Notes under the pieces: model-generated
Seen by the model: the letters and a program-made list of their open reading frames with translations, nothing else
The model's database searches: none
Told to the model about the DNA's origin: nothing
IMG/VR virus record: IMGVR_UViG_3300027996_000034
Location: 1-60,501 of that record
Source of the DNA: a virus
Taxonomy: Duplodnaviria; Caudoviricetes
DNA: 60,501 nucleotides
Direction: 5' to 3' (one strand)
Part shown: positions 9,108 through 19,076 of the stretch, piece after piece
Position numbering within the stretch: position 1 is the stretch's first letter
How the letters are laid out: the number at the start of each line of letters is the position of its first letter
Position numbers and translations under genes: made by a program

Positions 9108-12100
9108 TTAGAAATTTCCAGCTTGAATAGATCCTGTAGCAAGAATTGTTACTCGGTTAACCAAGATACCCATTCCTCTTACTGGTTCTACGTATGTATC
9201 AATAATTCCAATGTTATTATCGATAACTTCTGATGTGTTGTTTGTTGAATCCATTACATTATCGAAGTCGTAAAGACCACCATCGTTTAAGATTTGAGAC
9301 ATAAAGGTATCAGCCAATGTTTTGATCTCTAATCTGTTTTGAGCAGTGTTAAACTCCCAACGATAATTTTTAAGAATTTCAGCGATTCCATCTTCAATAT
9401 AGATAAGTAATTCTCTAGTACTGATTTGTGATAGCGCACTTTTAACAGTTTGCTGTGCTGTTTGATTAGCATTAATTACTAATCCAAATCCTCGTTTGTT
9501 TATAATGGCATTTAAACCAAATGGTTCAATTGAATCAAGTGCTCTTCTGTCAAATTCATATTCAACTCCAGCAACTCCCGTTCCACTAACAACGCCTCTC
9601 CTAGGTCCAGCAATAATAGACCATGGTTGCGCTAAATTATATTTGTCAATGTATAAGTTAGATATTGATGCAGCTGGTGGAACAAATTTTGTTGCACCTC
9701 TTTCAACAACTCTCAAGTTTGGAGTATAGAATCCACAATAATTAGCTCCATCTGCAATACTTGGTAAAGTATATACATTCGTTGGATTCAGTGCTAAATT
9801 ACCACCAGTTCCAATATATGTAGGATTAAATGTAGATGTAGAATCAAATTTAAACATTGGATTTGTCGAAGCTTTGAATTCCTTCACTGAAGGAGCATTA
9901 AGAATCGCAAATGCATTTTGTCTGTTAAAAGCAATCTTAGACCATCTAGATTTTGATGATGGTTCAATACCGTTATTAAATGTATCTACTAAATATCTGA
10001 ATGTAATAGCGTCTCTATCAGCAAGTGATTCTGCGATATTAGTGTTATACATTACATCTAGTATGTCATTCATTTTTGTGTTTGAACCATCTGGTTTAGC
10101 GCTTTCTGGTATTGTATATCCAGTAAGTGCACTAACTGTATAGTAGTCTACGAAATCATCGATAGATGTATATCGTTCAACTGCGGTAGCATCTCCACTT
10201 AAATCAGGATTCAAGAACATTGCATCATAAGTTTCTATAATAAAGAATCCGTATGTTGCAGAACCTAAAGTTCCATCGTAAGATGCAGCTTTAACTCTTG
10301 TTAATCTCGAAGTTCCAGTTCGTGGATCGACGTTATCATCATAATCACCGCTTCCAGCAACAGATTCAAAACCTCTCACCATAAATTGTCCAACTTGTAT
10401 TTGGCCGATAAAGGCCTCTCCAGCAGTTGTTCCAATAGTTCCTAAAGTAACTTTATTAGGAGCAAGAACGTTTGAATTAATTATTGGGAATACCTCATTG
10501 ATATCTCCTTCAAGTGTACTAATATAAACTGATTCATTGTATGTTGCACCAGTTGCACCGTTTTGTGGGATTGCAATGAATTGATCCCAAAATCCATTAA
10601 CGGATGGTAAAATACCGATTTCCGCAGCAAATGAATCATCTTCATATGCAGTAACTCTGGCATTTACTATATTATGTGAAAGAACTAAATTTGTTTCTGA
10701 AGCACCTACACCTAATGAACTTGAAACGGTACTGTTAGAAAATGTAAAAATGTCATTTTCAGTAACGGTTTCAACTCGAATTGGGTTTAATGGTCCAGCA
10801 GTCGTTCCTTGAATATTATCACCAGTTGTAATGATTCCACCGATTGCATCTTGTCCTAATTGAGATGCAGGTCCACCATACATAATTGAATAAGTTGGTG
10901 CAATTCCAGCTGGATTGACTGTGTAATTAATAGATGGCATAATTTCTAGGTCTCCTAATGGACTTCCACCACCAGTTGATCCGGCAGCATATCCTAAAGA
11001 AAACACTGTACCAATTCCAGTAGTAGTTCCAACTGCTGGAGCTACAAGACCAGCTTCATCAGTATATTCGATTCTAACTGTAAGTCTATCAATACCTAAA
11101 CTAGAATCATTGCTTTTAGATACTTCTGCAACTCTAGCATAATTATATAATTCTCCTGTGTATCCAGTAGCACTAGATCCAGTATATCCACAAGATACAA
11201 ATGATCCAGTGTTTAAAGAATTACCGAATGCTAAGAATTCACTTTGTTGGGTTGTGTTCCAAATAGAACTAACAGTTCCTCCAACAATTGCAGGATTTAA
11301 AGGTCCATAAATATTTATTTCATCATATCCAGCAGTCATACCTAATGCAGCATATTCAGCAGATTGATCCACCGTGTAATTTGGAGTTACTCCCGTTCCA
11401 TCAAAAATATATGTAGATATAGAAGATGTAGCACCACCATGGTTATAATCTAATTGTAAGTAAGGTTGTAATGCATTTAAAGAACCATAGTATGAAAGAA
11501 AATCTAAAGTAGAAATTCCATTAGTATTAAGTTCTAATCCATGCCCGATAAGATCTATTTGAAGTCCATCAACCATTGCATTTAATGTTGGATTATCATA
11601 ATACCAATCTCCGTTAATTGCACAAACTAAACCGGTTTTAGAAGTTTCGTTGTTAACAATATCTTCTATAAATAAGTTAGTTCCATCTTTATCGATGAAT
11701 TCAGGTATTAAAGAACCTGTGTATTCCGCAAGAGTAGTAACCTCAGGTAGTTGTAGTAATTTATCTAAACCGCTTGCAGAATTACCAAACGCATCGGTAA
11801 CATTAGCTTTAAGTCCTTTAGTATCAAATAAGTCTCCATATATAGGATCTATTGATAAAGCTTGGTAATCACTAAAGTCACCATCTAATACAATAACTCT
11901 TACTAAGAAATCGCTTATCCAACTTGATCTATCTAAGAATGGTGGTACATTTCCACTTCCGTACCATTCCTCTGCACTAATATCAAATCCATTAACGGAT
12001 GATTTAGTAACAAATACTGATACTGTTTTTTTACCTGCATTCGCTAGGTTAAATAATGTAGATCCTTGTCCATCATGTTGATTAATTGCAGATATAACAG

Positions 12101-12515
12101 AATCATCTTCTATAAACCAGAATTTATCTTGGTTAAAGAATTCTGATACTGGTGCAGCACCTTCTACATGATTTGTTGAATCTGATGCAGAGCTTAATGC
12201 TCTAAATTCAGCGGTAACTGAATCATCAAGTTTTAGTAAATTTAAGACGATAATCGGTCCTCTATCTAAAGCGGTTAAGCAAGATCTATGAAAGTAAGAT
12301 CCTTTTAACTCAAGTCCATTATCAATATCTCCGAATACATCTTTGAAGAATTGTACATCTGGTACAAAAATTGGTGTATTGAAAGGACCTTTATTAGAGT
12401 ACCCAATAACTAGTCGGATGGTTTCGGTTGGAATATTAATAAGTTGAGACTTATCGAATTCTAAACGATACACACCAGAACTTTTAAATTGTTGAATATT
12501 TGCTGGTAAAGCCAT
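9108..12515 (-). CDS. gp18: Contractile tail sheath protein with large central insertion
   Basis: N-terminal SSGVYRLEFDKS..GYSNKGPFNTP; C-terminal PWSIIAGPRRG..SALSQISTRELLIYIE..WEFNT..DSTNNTSEVIDNN. Confidence 0.92.
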   Translation of the reverse strand: MALPANIQQFKSSGVYRLEFDKSQLINIPTETIRLVIGYSNKGPFNTPIFVPDVQFFKDVFGDIDNGLELKGSYFHRSCLTALDRGPIIVLNLLKLDDSVTAEFRALSSASDSTNHVEGAAPVSEFFNQDKFWFIEDDSVISAINQHDGQGSTLFNLANAGKKTVSVFVTKSSVNGFDISAEEWYGSGNVPPFLDRSSWISDFLVRVIVLDGDFSDYQALSIDPIYGDLFDTKGLKANVTDAFGNSASGLDKLLQLPEVTTLAEYTGSLIPEFIDKDGTNLFIEDIVNNETSKTGLVCAINGDWYYDNPTLNAMVDGLQIDLIGHGLELNTNGISTLDFLSYYGSLNALQPYLQLDYNHGGATSSISTYIFDGTGVTPNYTVDQSAEYAALGMTAGYDEINIYGPLNPAIVGGTVSSIWNTTQQSEFLAFGNSLNTGSFVSCGYTGSSATGYTGELYNYARVAEVSKSNDSSLGIDRLTVRIEYTDEAGLVAPAVGTTTGIGTVFSLGYAAGSTGGGSPLGDLEIMPSINYTVNPAGIAPTYSIMYGGPASQLGQDAIGGIITTGDNIQGTTAGPLNPIRVETVTENDIFTFSNSTVSSSLGVGASETNLVLSHNIVNARVTAYEDDSFAAEIGILPSVNGFWDQFIAIPQNGATGATYNESVYISTLEGDINEVFPIINSNVLAPNKVTLGTIGTTAGEAFIGQIQVGQFMVRGFESVAGSGDYDDNVDPRTGTSRLTRVKAASYDGTLGSATYGFFIIETYDAMFLNPDLSGDATAVERYTSIDDFVDYYTVSALTGYTIPESAKPDGSNTKMNDILDVMYNTNIAESLADRDAITFRYLVDTFNNGIEPSSKSRWSKIAFNRQNAFAILNAPSVKEFKASTNPMFKFDSTSTFNPTYIGTGGNLALNPTNVYTLPSIADGANYCGFYTPNLRVVERGATKFVPPAASISNLYIDKYNLAQPWSIIAGPRRGVVSGTGVAGVEYEFDRRALDSIEPFGLNAIINKRGFGLVINANQTAQQTVKSALSQISTRELLIYIEDGIAEILKNYRWEFNTAQNRLEIKTLADTFMSQILNDGGLYDFDNVMDSTNNTSEVIDNNIGIIDTYVEPVRGMGILVNRVTILATGSIQAGNF

Positions 12516-12540
12516 TTTCGTAAAGTTTTTTTTATTTTAA

Positions 12541-12549
12541 TTATATATC
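12541..12549 (-). promoter_or_regulatory. Putative late promoter GATATATAA upstream of sheath
   Basis: Exact match to the recurring motif. Confidence 0.7.
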
Positions 12550-12570
12550 CCTTAGCTTCTATGTTTTATG

Positions 12571-14379
12571 TTAATCAAGTATATCATAAATATTGAATGA
12601 ATCTCCTGATAGATTTCCACTAAGTTCTAATGTTTTTTCTATTTCTGTTTTATATATTTCATCTATGTAATCGAATAGCTCTTCTACCGTTTCTGAATAA
12701 TCAACTGTATCAAAAAAACTACACGCATTAACCACAGTCATCATACAGTCATCATTACCTGTTTGTGCGCTATATGTACCGTTTTCATTCCTAGAAAACA
12801 TAGATGCTTCACTAACAGTATTTATATCTTTTACTATCATTCTATTATTACGTATGTAGTTCTTGACTTTAGTTGTTAATATTCGTTTGTTATCTCTATT
12901 TATTTTGATACCTGGTTTTTTAATCTTAGATCCTACTCGGTGTGCATATTTTACTAGGATTTCTTCATCAAAATCATTTCTAGTTGGATATAACGCAATT
13001 AAGTTATTTATTATTTCTTGTCCAAATGCATTATATTCAATTATACATCTTAAGTTTTCTTGATTAAATATGTTTACACAAAGCTCGTATAAAATCATAC
13101 TAAAATCTTTTAATGAATGAACATTTGATCTAAATATACCGATTTGTTCGAGCTTAAAAAAGTCTGTTATATCGCTTGGAGAAACTAGTTCTCTATGATA
13201 TTTAAGTTCAGTAGGCAGTACTTTAAATATATTACATACCGTATGATCCTTTCCTACACCTTCTGCTAAATCAACCGAGAACAAATAAAAATCTTGATTT
13301 CCCTCTAACATATCTACATCGATATCTGGATCCCATTTCATACATGAATAATCTATACCAAGGTCATCTAATGGATCGAATTCTCTAAATACAAATTCCT
13401 TTTCAGAACCTTTTAGTTTTTTCATCTCCACTGAGTTCAATAATAAAGAAGATGCAGATAGAAATTGGTTATTATATTGTTGATTGAATGCTTCTATTGT
13501 ACCTAGATTTGCAATTTCTTGAGCCTTCCATGCCTCATCTCTTCCAGGCACTTGCCACCAATCTACTCGAAATGGTGCATATTCATTATTACCTTCTACC
13601 GCATTTTGATATATGTCATGAAACTTATTATAACCATTTGGTGTAGAAGTTATGATAACTCTGGATATCTTAGATGATGATAATGTTGGATATACATTCT
13701 CGTAAAAAGGATTTATGATACTTGGCATAATATGAGCAAATTCATCTAAGTATAGCAAATGGATTGTAAAAGATATACCACCAGTCTTTGTTGTATTCTG
13801 ACCAATAACTCGACATCCATTATCAAACCTCATCTCCATTACATCCTTTTTCATAACGCCAGGTTTTAAAAAGAATGGAAGGTTTTCATATATGTGTTTA
13901 GTTTTCATAAGAATCTCTTTGGTCGTAGCTCCTTTATTAGCCATTACCATTGCATTTTTATCGAAATTGAATAATGAATACCATGCTATGAATATACCTG
14001 AACAAATAGTTTTACCAATTTGTCTAGATGCTAAACATACGTTCCAACGGTTTTGTTGATATTGCCTTAACATATCTTCTTGATATGGACGTAATGTTAT
14101 TTTACGTACCCCTTCATCTGTCATTGCATGGCAATATGTATTTGCAAAATAAACAATATCCCTTGCACATCTTTTTATTTCATCAACCTCAGTCTCAGAA
14201 TAATCAAACACGGTATTTCCTTTTCGATAATTGATATCGCCTTCATAAAATGGTGCATTTGGTACTTGGTATCCAAGTTCCATAGATTCAATAGCCTTCT
14301 GAACCTTATTAGTAGTCCATACTATTCTATTATCATCATTATTAGGCTCTTCAAACCTTTTTACTGTTAATTCACTCAT
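12571..14379 (-). CDS. gp17: Terminase large subunit
   Basis: LRPYQ, Walker A ASRQIGKT, Walker B LYLDEFAH, ITSTPNG, nuclease VDLAEGVGKD and DDCMM. Confidence 0.96.
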   Translation of the reverse strand: MSELTVKRFEEPNNDDNRIVWTTNKVQKAIESMELGYQVPNAPFYEGDINYRKGNTVFDYSETEVDEIKRCARDIVYFANTYCHAMTDEGVRKITLRPYQEDMLRQYQQNRWNVCLASRQIGKTICSGIFIAWYSLFNFDKNAMVMANKGATTKEILMKTKHIYENLPFFLKPGVMKKDVMEMRFDNGCRVIGQNTTKTGGISFTIHLLYLDEFAHIMPSIINPFYENVYPTLSSSKISRVIITSTPNGYNKFHDIYQNAVEGNNEYAPFRVDWWQVPGRDEAWKAQEIANLGTIEAFNQQYNNQFLSASSLLLNSVEMKKLKGSEKEFVFREFDPLDDLGIDYSCMKWDPDIDVDMLEGNQDFYLFSVDLAEGVGKDHTVCNIFKVLPTELKYHRELVSPSDITDFFKLEQIGIFRSNVHSLKDFSMILYELCVNIFNQENLRCIIEYNAFGQEIINNLIALYPTRNDFDEEILVKYAHRVGSKIKKPGIKINRDNKRILTTKVKNYIRNNRMIVKDINTVSEASMFSRNENGTYSAQTGNDDCMMTVVNACSFFDTVDYSETVEELFDYIDEIYKTEIEKTLELSGNLSGDSFNIYDILD

Positions 14380-14980
14380 TCGGATCCTCCTCTTCGTTAA
14401 ATTCTACATCTTGCATTTCTTCTTGAATGCCTTTCATAAAATCTCGATTTCCTCTGGCAGTTATTTTTTCCTCATCTTTAGATTTTATAACGGTTGTTTG
14501 GTCACTATATATGTCTATATCATGTTTCAATTTTTTCATACCTTCTTCAGATGCCATAATATGTAATGTTGCATGTTTGTTTATTTCTAACATAGTTTTC
14601 TGAAGACCTGCTAAAACCTCAAACATTCTAGGAGTTAATTCACCAGATTCAATAGTTCTCATTAACATTTCTATTGAATGTTCCATTTGATGCATTTGAT
14701 TGATTAAAGTTGCTAGTTGCATCTCTTCAATCTTTTGTTTCATTTGAACATATTCATTTTGTTCAATTACTTCTGCACTAAGATACAACTTCATAACAGA
14801 TTGCATCATCTTCTTAGCGGCAGCTACAGATTTACCTTTAGATTCTGTATATGTGTATTTTTCAACATTATGAAATGATGGTAAATCTCCTTTTGCGACA
14901 ATAGGTAGTTTTGTACCTTCGTCTAATAGTGATTTTAAACTATCTCTTGCTTCATCTTTTTGTTCGTCGTTTAATGCCAT
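14372..14980 (-). CDS. Probable terminase small subunit
   Basis: Helical 202 aa protein overlapping the large-subunit start; PRMFEVLA motif resembles T4-like gp16. Confidence 0.65.
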   Translation of the reverse strand: MALNDEQKDEARDSLKSLLDEGTKLPIVAKGDLPSFHNVEKYTYTESKGKSVAAAKKMMQSVMKLYLSAEVIEQNEYVQMKQKIEEMQLATLINQMHQMEHSIEMLMRTIESGELTPRMFEVLAGLQKTMLEINKHATLHIMASEEGMKKLKHDIDIYSDQTTVIKSKDEEKITARGNRDFMKGIQEEMQDVEFNEEEDPNE

Positions 14981-14998
14981 ATTATTGGTTTTTGAAAG

Positions 14999-16915
14999 TT
15001 ATCTAACTGGTTCTCGAGTCATTTGTAATGGTGGTAATGCATTATCAATCATTTTTGCATATTGATTATCTCGTACCGTGTATCGATTTAACATCAATGG
15101 TTGGTTTTCTTCGTTTATCAATTCAGTTAAAAGTCTTATATTAGTTAATTGTATAGGTGCACCTTTAAGTTCGTAAAAAACTTTAGGCTGTATTGCTTGT
15201 TTTGTAAATTCTTTAGTTTCTCCAAATATCAACCTTAATTGTGTTGTTTGTTGTACATACGCAGGTTTATTTGCATCAAATTCCATTTCCCATACATTCA
15301 AATTCATTGTTTGATATTCATTAGATACATTTAATACCACTGCATACCACTTACGAGAATCGACTAATAGATTCTGATCATATTGGTTTGCATCAATTAA
15401 TAAATTAGGAAATTGTTGGTCAGGCCATGGTTTTAAATAATTCTCGTTAAAGTCATATGATGTTCCATTTACTTTAACTTCAAATCCTTTTGTTACATAT
15501 TTTTTATTTCCATTAGTATCATTATATTGTAAGTTAATTTGGATTCCGTTTCCTTGATCATCCATACCATCGATAATCGTGTCATATAACATACCGTTAG
15601 GATCTATATTAACTACAGTTGGTCCAATCTCAGTATTTTCAAAAACTGTTCTATTTGATCTAAACCAAAATGTATAAACTCTATCATCATCTTCAGATAT
15701 ATCGACTTCAGTTTTGTATTTAACTGCTAAATCATTATAATCGACTGAATTCAAATCATATGCATATTTTGCAACAATAGTAAAATAGTTGTTAATATCA
15801 TGTTTTGCTATATCTAATGTTTCATTAATACTGCTTCTAATAAAATCATATTTGCCTACATTAATAGTATTGTATTGTAATGGTTTAGTTATTTGTGTAA
15901 ATTCCTTTTCCTTTTCATCATTAAAGATATCAAAGTTTTGTGCTATTGGATCTATAATCGTTGCAGCCTCAGCTCCAGTTGCACCAATATTTAACATATT
16001 AGAACTATCTTGCCACTTAACTAAATTAACTTTGTAATAGACACCATCTCTCATGAAGTCTTTATACAGATACGGTGATTCCACTCGATATATCCTATTC
16101 TCTAAAGGAAAGTACAAATAATCTCGTTCTTCTGGACGAGTACAATAACCGAATGCTCTTTCAAAATCTTCTTTTACAATATGCACTTCAAATGGTGATT
16201 CGAAATCCATATCGAACGGAGTAAACATTATTTTATTATCTGGAAATTGATTATCAGGGACCACCACGCGTATATTCTTAATATCTGATACATTGTAAAG
16301 TGAATATTCTTTAAGTATAACATCTTTAGTTCTGCCATCTACTGCAGTCTTAAAATAACATACTTGGTGTCCGAACATTTCACTTACAGTAAGTGCTAAT
16401 TCTCGGTTAAGTTCAATTGCAGGAGCCATTAAATCATATACTCTAAATAATGTACCATCTTCACAATCAACTCGAATGCCTTTATAATAATCTCCAGATG
16501 GACATATACTTGCAGGAGGTGGATTGAATGGTGATTCGGTTGAGGTCAAATCAAAGTCAAATGTAACCGAATTTATTGAAAGTAATGTTGGTGTTGGTGG
16601 TTCTGGAGCAGAGACCCGTATAAATTTAAGTTCTAAATATACGTTTGCACTACTTTCAAAATCTATTGATGGAAAATTCTTTGTACCATCAGGATTCCTT
16701 GAAACCAATATCCATGGTGACCAAGTTTGAAAATCTTTAGACCACCTAATATTTGTAATCAGATAATCGTTATCTGTCTGATTTGGTGTTGTTATTTCAG
16801 AATACGCAGTGAATGTATCTATACCTACAAAAGGACCATCGAATGATACGATGAGAGAATCGCCATTTCGATAAGTTATGTTATTAGATGCAAATTCTAT
16901 ATTGACACTAGCCAT
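14999..16915 (-). CDS. Neck/head-closure protein (gp14-like core) with extra N- and C-terminal beta domains
   Basis: MFGHQVCYF..DVILKEYS..RPEERDYLYFPLENRIYRVE core; 638 aa total. Confidence 0.65.
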   Translation of the reverse strand: MASVNIEFASNNITYRNGDSLIVSFDGPFVGIDTFTAYSEITTPNQTDNDYLITNIRWSKDFQTWSPWILVSRNPDGTKNFPSIDFESSANVYLELKFIRVSAPEPPTPTLLSINSVTFDFDLTSTESPFNPPPASICPSGDYYKGIRVDCEDGTLFRVYDLMAPAIELNRELALTVSEMFGHQVCYFKTAVDGRTKDVILKEYSLYNVSDIKNIRVVVPDNQFPDNKIMFTPFDMDFESPFEVHIVKEDFERAFGYCTRPEERDYLYFPLENRIYRVESPYLYKDFMRDGVYYKVNLVKWQDSSNMLNIGATGAEAATIIDPIAQNFDIFNDEKEKEFTQITKPLQYNTINVGKYDFIRSSINETLDIAKHDINNYFTIVAKYAYDLNSVDYNDLAVKYKTEVDISEDDDRVYTFWFRSNRTVFENTEIGPTVVNIDPNGMLYDTIIDGMDDQGNGIQINLQYNDTNGNKKYVTKGFEVKVNGTSYDFNENYLKPWPDQQFPNLLIDANQYDQNLLVDSRKWYAVVLNVSNEYQTMNLNVWEMEFDANKPAYVQQTTQLRLIFGETKEFTKQAIQPKVFYELKGAPIQLTNIRLLTELINEENQPLMLNRYTVRDNQYAKMIDNALPPLQMTREPVR

Positions 16916-16950
16916 TAATTAAATTGTTGTTTTAATATATATTCAACAAA

Positions 16951-17187
16951 TTATTTTGGCTGTGAGGAATTTTTTGAAAATGCTTTTAATGTTGAAACTC
17001 CTAACATAGTTGCTGAAAATACAAGCATAGAATTAAATAGAGTTTCGTTAACAGTGAACCAATGGAAACCATCGCCTATAAATGCAATACATACAAGAAC
17101 TCCAGTAAGTATTCCCATTGTTTTTTTTGAAGAATATTTACCATCGTTTAAATCTTCTTTTAAAATATCTGATGTAAATTTGCTCAT
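16951..17187 (-). CDS. Small two-TM membrane protein (holin-like)
   Basis: 78 aa, two hydrophobic helices, basic C-terminus. Confidence 0.5.
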   Translation of the reverse strand: MSKFTSDILKEDLNDGKYSSKKTMGILTGVLVCIAFIGDGFHWFTVNETLFNSMLVFSATMLGVSTLKAFSKNSSQPK

Positions 17188-17195
17188 AATAGTAG

Positions 17196-17813
17196 TTATT
17201 TTTTTACTCCTTCAAGATAGCCTGGGAGTTGTGTCGCTAGTGATTTTAACAATACATTATCATTATCACTTAATTTAGTTTTTCTTTTTACAAAGTCAAC
17301 ACATAAAACAGCTATTGCATTATCATGTAAATCTATTATTGGATATTGATATGTGGATTTTACACCATCATTTAATAAATGATGCTTGAATAAACCTTCT
17401 GGATATGTTTTAGTATCAATGCAAAAAAATTCACCGTTTTCCATTAATGGTTGTAACGTCGTTATACATGCGGATACTGGTAAATTTTGTCGGTCTATCA
17501 TTGTATTAGAAATTCCTGCATCACACTCTTCATATGAAGCTGACATTTTCTGCATAGATTTTCCTGAATAAAAGGTACCACCATTATGAAATGACATTAT
17601 CGATATACGATCCGCATTTATTTCACTTAGAACACTTCTTAATTTTTCTATTACCAAAATGTCTTCTGAAACACATGCACCAATTGGACATTCATGATCA
17701 GCTTCAGAATCGATACGCCTTTGTGTTAGTTTATGTTTATACCTGATTGCTACTAATGTTGCAGCTGCACCAATAAATGTCGTTATAATAGGGACCCAGA
17801 CTTCAATCGCCAT
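17196..17813 (-). CDS. N-terminal TM + GAF-domain protein (T4 holin T-like architecture)
   Basis: TM at residues ~3-23; ADRISIMSFHNG..GVKSTYQYPIIDLHDNAIAVLCVDF GAF-like pattern. Confidence 0.6.
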   Translation of the reverse strand: MAIEVWVPIITTFIGAAATLVAIRYKHKLTQRRIDSEADHECPIGACVSEDILVIEKLRSVLSEINADRISIMSFHNGGTFYSGKSMQKMSASYEECDAGISNTMIDRQNLPVSACITTLQPLMENGEFFCIDTKTYPEGLFKHHLLNDGVKSTYQYPIIDLHDNAIAVLCVDFVKRKTKLSDNDNVLLKSLATQLPGYLEGVKK

Positions 17814-17856
17814 TTGCTATTGTTATTTTTTCTATATATCTTTATATAGATTATCT

Positions 17857-18504
17857 TTATGCCATTACTGTTAAATGAACCACAGTATCGTCAGACTCTA
17901 GCTTAGAATCTATTAAATTTAGTAGAAGTTCGATGGCTAAATTATGAGTTTCCATGAAATTACTCCTTCCTTCATGATAATTAATTTGATAGATTAAATC
18001 TCGTGATGAAATTTCTATAAAGGTTTGAGGGCTAAATATATTATCTGTCCAAAACTTAATATCAATCAATAAATTTTGAATAGATTCTAACTCAGATATA
18101 CTTATTAATGATGGTAAATCTATTTTTGCATGAAGGATTTTGTAATCAAATGATACAGTATCACCAACTCTCCTTGTATAATTTTTAGATGGAGAAACAT
18201 TAAACTTTATATATTTTAAATTTTTAAAAGTTAGCATAACCGAATCTAAAAAATAAGCAGACGTAATATCTTCAACTAATTTAGTCTCATTTAAACTGTT
18301 TTGATGATCTAAATCATCTTGGAAATTATCAGATAATATTTCTTGAATATCATTACACGAAACAAAAAAATGATTGTTAGAATTGTTTATTTTAGATAAC
18401 TTTGCATTTCTTTTGACCAGACTTAATAGTCGATTATCACCAAGATTATGTTTATACATGGTAACTTCAACTATTAATGGATATTTTGCATTAGTCTCTA
18501 ACAT
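17857..18504 (-). CDS. Hypothetical protein
   Basis: 215 aa ORF in operon context. Confidence 0.7.
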   Translation of the reverse strand: MLETNAKYPLIVEVTMYKHNLGDNRLLSLVKRNAKLSKINNSNNHFFVSCNDIQEILSDNFQDDLDHQNSLNETKLVEDITSAYFLDSVMLTFKNLKYIKFNVSPSKNYTRRVGDTVSFDYKILHAKIDLPSLISISELESIQNLLIDIKFWTDNIFSPQTFIEISSRDLIYQINYHEGRSNFMETHNLAIELLLNLIDSKLESDDTVVHLTVMA

Positions 18505-18910
18505 AGGTTTCGTACTGTAATTTCATTTTTTTGAAATACTCTTGCATTACCTGTGGATGTAATTTTGTTAATAAATCAAAATCTCTCCTAGATATTTCGT
18601 TGACTTTTAGATATATTTCAACTAATTCTTCAGAATACTTAAATTCAAGTGATTCTTGTGCTTTAGTTTTCTTAGTCTTAGTATATATCCATCCAGGAAC
18701 TCGTTTGAATCGAGATGTTATAAATTGCCATGTATCTATGACACCAATTCCATTAATACCATTACGATTCATTTTTTGAGATTCAGATGGCCAGTTGATA
18801 GCCATAAACCTTTGAATCATAAAATGATTTTTAGCTTTATCTGAATTTTTAAGTTCTTCGTACCGCTTCGGGTTCGTAAACATCACTCTTACGAGGTCAA
18901 ATAACTGCAT
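18491..18910 (-). CDS. Possible clamp-loader small subunit (gp62-like)
   Basis: FMIQRFMA..QKMN pattern, size, proximity to gp44 and RNase H. Confidence 0.45.
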   Translation of the reverse strand: MQLFDLVRVMFTNPKRYEELKNSDKAKNHFMIQRFMAINWPSESQKMNRNGINGIGVIDTWQFITSRFKRVPGWIYTKTKKTKAQESLEFKYSEELVEIYLKVNEISRRDFDLLTKLHPQVMQEYFKKMKLQYETYVRD

Positions 18911-18912
18911 AC

Positions 18913-19074
18913 TTATTTAGGTTGGGTTGTTGGTTTAGTTCTAAGTTCTCGTTCCTTTAATGCATTTTGCTTTTCAAGAGCAGCTGCTAAACGGTTATTA
19001 GATTCTATTAATTTAGGTAAGTCATAATTGTAATATTTCTGACCCATTTTAGTTTGAAAAAAGTCTAGTGCCAT
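18913..19074 (-). CDS. Small hypothetical protein (53 aa)
   Basis: Hand-translated MALDFFQTKMGQKYYNYDLPKLIESNNRLAAALEKQN..; fills the gap with 2-nt spacing on both sides. Confidence 0.65.
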   Translation of the reverse strand: MALDFFQTKMGQKYYNYDLPKLIESNNRLAAALEKQNALKERELRTKPTTQPK

Positions 19075-19076
19075 AA

